Assembly (NCBI GenBank): GCA_030429175.1
Contig: JAUIDD010000004.1
Coordinates: 26,349 to 90,348 of the forward strand
DNA from: Gammaproteobacteria bacterium
GTDB lineage: Bacteria > Pseudomonadota > Gammaproteobacteria > Coxiellales > Coxiellaceae
Reading direction: 5' to 3'
DNA: 64,000 bases
The notes under the pieces are model-generated. The model did no database searches and had not been told where the DNA came from. It saw only the letters and a program-made list of their open reading frames with translations. The translations under genes were made by a program, and so were the position numbers. Shown piece by piece: positions 56,540 through 64,000 of the stretch. How positions within the stretch are numbered: position 1 is the first letter of the stretch; every line of letters starts with the position of its first letter.

Positions 56540-57646
56540 TTGGTTAATATTTTGTATATAACAAATCTCAACATAAAATCGTTTCGAAATATCAATGAAT
56601 TATCTATTGAGCTCAGGAAAAATTTTAATATTTTTTATGGTGAAAATGGGGCAGGAAAAACCAGTCTACTAGAGAGTATTTATTATCTTAGTGTTGGCAA
56701 ATCCTTTAGAACTAATCTTGCAACACGTATTATTCAACATCAACAAGACAGTTTAATGCTAACAACTGGTTTTAACGATGGTAATTCACAGCATTTTATT
56801 GGCTTTGAGCGGCATAGAAATGGCTCAAGAACAATTAAATTAAATGGTGAGGCACAGTTTTCCATTGCTCCCATCGCAAGACTTATGCCATTACAAGTGA
56901 TTGGTGTTGATAGCTATCGCTTCTTTAGTGATGGACCAAAACAACGGCGTGCATTCTTAGATTGGGGTGTGTTTCACGTGAAACAATCTTTTTTAGACAT
57001 CTGGCAGCAATTTAGTAAAGTATTAAAGCAACGAAACTCTTGTTTAAAACAAAAAAGGCCGAAAGAAGAAATTCAAGTGTGGAATCAGCCGGTTATTGAG
57101 CTCAGCGAGCATATTCATGGTTTTAGAATAGAGTATATTTATAATTTTGAGCCCATATATAAGGAAATTTTTAATTTATTGCTACCAGACCTTAGTAATA
57201 AGATGTCCATTCGCTATAAAAGAGGCTGGTTAAAAGAGTCTTCTTTAGAAACACTACTCAATATACATTATCAGCGTGATTTAAATTTTGGCTTTACCCA
57301 AGATGGGCCGCATCGTGCTGATATCCAAATATATATTGATAACACTCCTGCTGATGATATTCTTTCCCAGGGACAACAAAAATTAGCGGCATACGCACTA
57401 CACCTTGCCCAAGGCGTATTATTCAAACAACAACTCAATAAATCTCCTATCTACCTTATCGACGACTTACCCTCTGAACTGGATACCTATAAACAAACAG
57501 CTGTTATTAACGTCCTAAAAAGCCTAAACTCTCAGGTTTTGGTCACTTGTATCAACAATAATGACTTATCAGACCTATCAGAGCTTGATGAAAGCCAGAT
57601 GTTCCACGTGAAACATGGAAACACCCTCATTAAAGGCCAAACCTAA
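56540..57646 (+). CDS. recF: DNA replication and repair protein RecF
   Basis: Contains FRNI, Walker A GENGAGKTSLLE, the signature SQGQQK and Walker B YLIDDLPSELD. A TTG start is inferred. Confidence 0.93.
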   Translation: MVNILYITNLNIKSFRNINELSIELRKNFNIFYGENGAGKTSLLESIYYLSVGKSFRTNLATRIIQHQQDSLMLTTGFNDGNSQHFIGFERHRNGSRTIKLNGEAQFSIAPIARLMPLQVIGVDSYRFFSDGPKQRRAFLDWGVFHVKQSFLDIWQQFSKVLKQRNSCLKQKRPKEEIQVWNQPVIELSEHIHGFRIEYIYNFEPIYKEIFNLLLPDLSNKMSIRYKRGWLKESSLETLLNIHYQRDLNFGFTQDGPHRADIQIYIDNTPADDILSQGQQKLAAYALHLAQGVLFKQQLNKSPIYLIDDLPSELDTYKQTAVINVLKSLNSQVLVTCINNNDLSDLSELDESQMFHVKHGNTLIKGQT

Positions 57647-58046
57647 ACAGTTCATAGCTATAAAGCTAAATTTGCAGCTAGAAAGGATGGAAATTGTCTC
57701 AGCCCCTAATGTTTCACGTGGAACACTATTTTTTTAGTAAAAAATCAAATAGCGATAGATAATCCTAGGACTGAGCAGCCCAACCAACCATTCTTAATAG
57801 GTCTGTGGAAAAATAGCGCTCACTCATTGAAAACCTAAAAACTGTAGTTAAATCACATTTTCTAGTACAGCATCCATTTGAGTGATAAGCACCATATAAT
57901 TTACTATTTTTCCAGCGTACGGAGGGGTTATTATCATGCTGGTTTTTAGATTTCACTGTGCAAATGGACATTCAAAACGTTATCACTCCCTTATAGCTAA
58001 TAAACAGATATTTTGATATAATAGCCATCACTAAAATTTCAATTAA

Positions 58047-60491
<2,445 letters not shown>

Positions 60492-60628
60492 TTTTAAGCA
60501 GATTTACATATAAACCTTGCTGTTTAGTTGCGAACGCTAAAATAGTATAGATGTTCTTGTAAAAAATTAAAAGATCATATATCTTACCGATAAACTTTCA
60601 TAAGTATATACTAGGCTGGGAGCAATCA

Positions 60629-63370
60629 ATGGCACGCAAACCTTTTAAACCTTCACACCAACACATTCTTGATGGCAAAATAGAAGCTCTTCGAAAACGG
60701 GCTATTGCAGAAGAAAAATCACAACAAGAAGGGGCACAGCAAATGAGAAAGGATCAAGGTAATTCGCAACAGGCATCAGCAGCTGCTGCCGCAGGATCTT
60801 CGTTAACGACACCAGCATCAACAAGAAGCCAGCAACTTCAGCATCTATCAAGCACACCGGACGTACATGCAGTAGCTACGCAGCAATTACTACTAATGCA
60901 ACAGCAACATCAAGCTGCTACTCCAACTACAGCAGATAATACCATCTCAGCATTATTCGCTTTTTTAAGTAACCCAAGTGAAAGTGACTTAACAGCAATC
61001 ATAATAGCACCTAAAAAAGATTTAACTAAACTTCCAGCTTCTACTGATATATTTACTCAAGTGGCACCCTCAGGTATAACTCGAGCGCAACTGTTCAGCC
61101 AAGATATATTTGTTATTGTCTCTGAGTATAGAGTAAAACAAAAGGAAATACAGCTCGATATTAAGGATCTTAAAGCAGTCGTAGTCAATCAACAATCACA
61201 GGGACATTGCGCGCTCGCAGCCCATTACTTAGCCACGATTAAAACTCAAACATCTGATTATAATATTGCTACTGTATGTTATACCAAGATAAACCAACAA
61301 GTACGCATAAAATTCGAATATTCTAAAACAGCAGCAGAGCTCCAAAAAGTGATTGAGCAATTTGATACTTATGCACTCTGTCTTGATGCAGCACCTCCCC
61401 TTGTAGCACAACGCTTGCAAGAAAAAATGCAACAGCAAGCCCATACGGCACAAGCAGAATCAGAAAGAAGTACAGTAACAACCCAGGATGCGAGCACACA
61501 GACAGAAAATTTCTTATTAAAAACACCTGCGGTTACCACAACAATGCCTGCGGCACCAGTACCACAGCCACTAAATTTAGCGACTAACATCATAGCGGCA
61601 ACACCAGCTATTGCTAATGATGATCATCCAACACCACAGCCACTCACCATCGAGGCATTAAGCCAGGCTGAAATAAAAAAAGCTGAAGGTTATGGGTTTG
61701 CCGACATTCAGAAAATGAATATTGAGCAATCGGTACGTACTGGTTTAGCACTACTCCTTAAAAAGCCAGCACTAGCATTATATTGCACACTTAAAGCAGC
61801 ATTCATAGAAAGTGATAACTCAAAGATCGAGAATTACTATCAACTACAAGCACGTCGTAACCTGTATATTTTCCTTAACAAGCACCATCGAAAGCAAGAA
61901 GATGCTGTTTTTCTCTGTGTATTGCAAGATAAACCTGATGCTGACAGCATACTCAATGAAAGATTCATGGAGAGCCGCAATAACATTGCCTGGTTTATAT
62001 TGAATTATCATTCTGACGGACTACAAGAAGATACCACGTTACGCGCTATGCTTAAGCAAGCAGCCGATAAATTTATGACTGGAGGTAGGCCTTCCCGTCG
62101 CGCCAGTATCACACCCAGCACACCTACGATACCAGATCAAGCGCAACAAAAACCTGAATCTGAAAGAAAAAAGAGAAAAAGAGAAAAAGAAAAAAACCTC
62201 AACACAAGTGCAGAGCCAAAGAAGAAAAAGATTTGTCTGAGTCCTGTCGATGATAAAAAAGATGCGATCATGGCAGATGCAACAGCAAACGAAGCCAAAA
62301 AAGCATTTCACACGAAAAGTGAACCTGATACTGAAAGTGAAGATGAAAGTATAAAGCAATTTAGATCCAAGAATAAACGCAGCAGAAAAAGACGCGTCAT
62401 TGATAGTGACGACTCAGATGAGGATGCAGCAGATAGTCTGCCATTATCATCCGTCTTTGAACTGCATCACCTTCCTGATAGTCATGACAAACTAGGTAAC
62501 CCTACTGATGATGAACAAACGACGCATAGTCGCGCCACTACCAGCACCAATGGTGCTGGTTTGTTCGTAGTTCCTAAACCTGCTGCAAAACCAAATTTAT
62601 CAGTGACTAGAAATAATATTACTGTTGCTAGCGCACTACCTGTAGAGGTAGAAGGATCATCACTATTACGCCGTATGTATAGAGCAGCCTACAATGCAGC
62701 TACTTGCACTACTGACGCAGTTCAGGCACATGAAGCAGTCTTAAGTACAATTGAATCTGTGCAAAGCAATACAAGCAGAGATGCAGCTCAAATAGACCTG
62801 ATACGCACAATTAGAGCATGGTCAACACAATTGGCTAAATCTCAGGATGATTTAATTCTATTGCTTGAAGATTGTGTTGGTATCAGCTTCAACAGGACAC
62901 CACTTGCTTTATATATCTATGTTAAACTCAAAGAAACACTCACGGAGCTTCGAATTAATGGTCTCTCGAACAATCTTAGCATCGAAGATCTTGCACTTAA
63001 AAAGAGAAAAAAAGAAAATTACTACTACCTACCAGCAATAGTGGAAACTTGGTTACTTGAAAGAGGACAAAATCCAACATTACCATTAACTCATTTTATA
63101 GAAAATACTAATATACCAGCCGAAGATTTAAATGAGTATATGCAGTTTTTTGCTGCATTTGATAATGCGGGAAAAACAGGAGATCCTCAATCAACCTTAG
63201 AAAAATATATTGCCCTTAAAACTGTTTGTAACATTATTCCAGAAGCACTCAGCGAATATGCCTACTTCAAAACATATCTAGCGCTGTTTAAAGAAGTACT
63301 CGATAAAGAAGATGCTTACCTATACGAATATCAAAAACAAGCAGAGCCTAGATCAATACATCTCACATAA
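60629..63370 (+). CDS. large low-complexity hypothetical protein with NLS-like basic clusters (candidate secreted effector)
   Basis: 913 aa. The N-terminus is Gln/Ala-rich. Basic clusters are ESERKKRKREKEKN, EPKKKKI and KNKRSRKRRV, flanked by acidic Ser-rich tracts (SEPDTESEDES, DSDDSDEDAAD). No bacterial domain recognised. Confidence 0.7.
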   Translation: MARKPFKPSHQHILDGKIEALRKRAIAEEKSQQEGAQQMRKDQGNSQQASAAAAAGSSLTTPASTRSQQLQHLSSTPDVHAVATQQLLLMQQQHQAATPTTADNTISALFAFLSNPSESDLTAIIIAPKKDLTKLPASTDIFTQVAPSGITRAQLFSQDIFVIVSEYRVKQKEIQLDIKDLKAVVVNQQSQGHCALAAHYLATIKTQTSDYNIATVCYTKINQQVRIKFEYSKTAAELQKVIEQFDTYALCLDAAPPLVAQRLQEKMQQQAHTAQAESERSTVTTQDASTQTENFLLKTPAVTTTMPAAPVPQPLNLATNIIAATPAIANDDHPTPQPLTIEALSQAEIKKAEGYGFADIQKMNIEQSVRTGLALLLKKPALALYCTLKAAFIESDNSKIENYYQLQARRNLYIFLNKHHRKQEDAVFLCVLQDKPDADSILNERFMESRNNIAWFILNYHSDGLQEDTTLRAMLKQAADKFMTGGRPSRRASITPSTPTIPDQAQQKPESERKKRKREKEKNLNTSAEPKKKKICLSPVDDKKDAIMADATANEAKKAFHTKSEPDTESEDESIKQFRSKNKRSRKRRVIDSDDSDEDAADSLPLSSVFELHHLPDSHDKLGNPTDDEQTTHSRATTSTNGAGLFVVPKPAAKPNLSVTRNNITVASALPVEVEGSSLLRRMYRAAYNAATCTTDAVQAHEAVLSTIESVQSNTSRDAAQIDLIRTIRAWSTQLAKSQDDLILLLEDCVGISFNRTPLALYIYVKLKETLTELRINGLSNNLSIEDLALKKRKKENYYYLPAIVETWLLERGQNPTLPLTHFIENTNIPAEDLNEYMQFFAAFDNAGKTGDPQSTLEKYIALKTVCNIIPEALSEYAYFKTYLALFKEVLDKEDAYLYEYQKQAEPRSIHLT

Positions 63371-63397
63371 GAAAATATAAATTAGGGAAACAGCGCC

Positions 63398-64000
63398 ATG
63401 ATAAAAGAAATAACAATGGAACATGCACGTAAAGTACTCAATAGTATGTGTGGTGTGATTAAAATAATTAACGCCCCCATTCAAATAGATAACACACCTC
63501 TTACTGATGATTTCTCAACAACAATAGATATGCTTGAAACACCACATCTAAATCGTCAAATCCAATTAAAAAACCCTGACCCAGGCACTACCATTACTCC
63601 TGGAATTACTTATGATATGCTTCAAGAACGTTATGACCCTACAACGAATATGTGGCACCTTATCAAGACGAAACTAAATTCGCAGCATATTCGGGGGCAA
63701 GATAAACCAAAAGGCTACAGATACACTAAAAAAACATCGGTAAGCTTATATCACCCAGGGCGTACAGACACAAAATCATATTATGGCATTGAGAGTATGG
63801 TTGCAGCGTTAGGCCTTTTATTTGATGTTGACGAATTGAATAGAAAGGGTGACCGCTATGTGTTTCGTCAAAATGTTGTAACCAATCTAAAAACCACCTT
63901 AACAGCTGTGAAAGGTAAAAAACCGCCTGCTTACGATCACTATTTCCCATTCGATCAACTTAAAAGATCATATGTTGCTATGTGGCAACAAGGACAAACA
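63398..64000 (+). CDS. hypothetical protein, N-terminal 201 codons (runs off the right edge)
   Basis: Hand translation from the ATG at 63398 stays open to the window end: MIKEITMEHARKVLNSMCGVIKIINAPIQIDNTPL...HPGRTDTKSYYGIESMVAALGLLFDVDEL... It is absent from the ORF track because no stop lies within the window. Confidence 0.5.
   Translation, partial: MIKEITMEHARKVLNSMCGVIKIINAPIQIDNTPLTDDFSTTIDMLETPHLNRQIQLKNPDPGTTITPGITYDMLQERYDPTTNMWHLIKTKLNSQHIRGQDKPKGYRYTKKTSVSLYHPGRTDTKSYYGIESMVAALGLLFDVDELNRKGDRYVFRQNVVTNLKTTLTAVKGKKPPAYDHYFPFDQLKRSYVAMWQQGQT

Noticed and set aside
57765-57971. 68-aa minus-strand ORF in the recF-gyrB spacer
   Set aside because: It has no RBS and an implausible composition, and it overlaps the likely gyrB promoter region. 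Treated as non-coding.
63726-63950. 74-aa minus-strand ORF starting MGNSD (a second apparent myristoylation-like start)
   Set aside because: It lies entirely antisense to the much longer open plus-strand frame (63398 to the window end). Position 6 is Arg, not Ser/Thr. Spurious.

Overview
This is a 64-kb chromosomal window from an A+T-rich gammaproteobacterium. It is probably a Legionellales-type intracellular organism, inferred from the tdk + tandem Pht-like MFS arrangement, the eukaryote-like orphan proteins and the overall gene content. The window covers the dnaA-dnaN-recF-gyrB region and many housekeeping genes: uvrD, tdk, hemC/D/X/Y, phoBR, rho, trxA, proC, yggS/yggT, pckA, yqgE, ruvX and pyrB. 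I saw no rRNA, tRNA, CRISPR array or intact mobile element. The main finding is an island of about 19.7 kb (about 29.4-49.2 kb) that splits the normally contiguous yggS-proC-yggT block. It encodes an unusual condensation-domain-free thiotemplate pathway: an A-T-(alpha-oxoamine synthase) fusion with a Lys2-like adenylation signature, an A-T-TE enzyme plus a paralogous free thioesterase, an SDR, and an ALDH7-type and a saccharopine-dehydrogenase-type enzyme (a possible lysine to alpha-aminoadipate supply). It also carries panB, a SAM methyltransferase, two orphan proteins, a possible mitochondrial-carrier-like protein and MFS/MATE exporters. Other accessory features are listed below.
- A hicAB module is bracketed by ~160-bp direct repeats that duplicate the 3' end of a neighbouring gene.
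- A translationally coupled DltA/DltB/DltC-like module is present.
- A LicC-like cytidylyltransferase + CDP-alcohol phosphatidyltransferase pair interrupts hemC-hemD.
- A 58-bp perfect inverted repeat overlaps the tdk stop codon.
- An iteron-like GGTGAGAT array lies upstream of an AlbA_2/Schlafen-type gene.
- An extra secreted-protein gene sits between dnaA and dnaN.
- A 16-bp CACGTG-centred palindrome occurs three times around the recF 3' end.
- A small accessory islet carries an IS3-family transposase relic and small orphan proteins, one starting with an N-myristoylation-like MGNSNS motif.
- A 913-aa low-complexity protein carries NLS-like basic clusters.
All family assignments come from reading motifs in the translations. 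No database search was possible.
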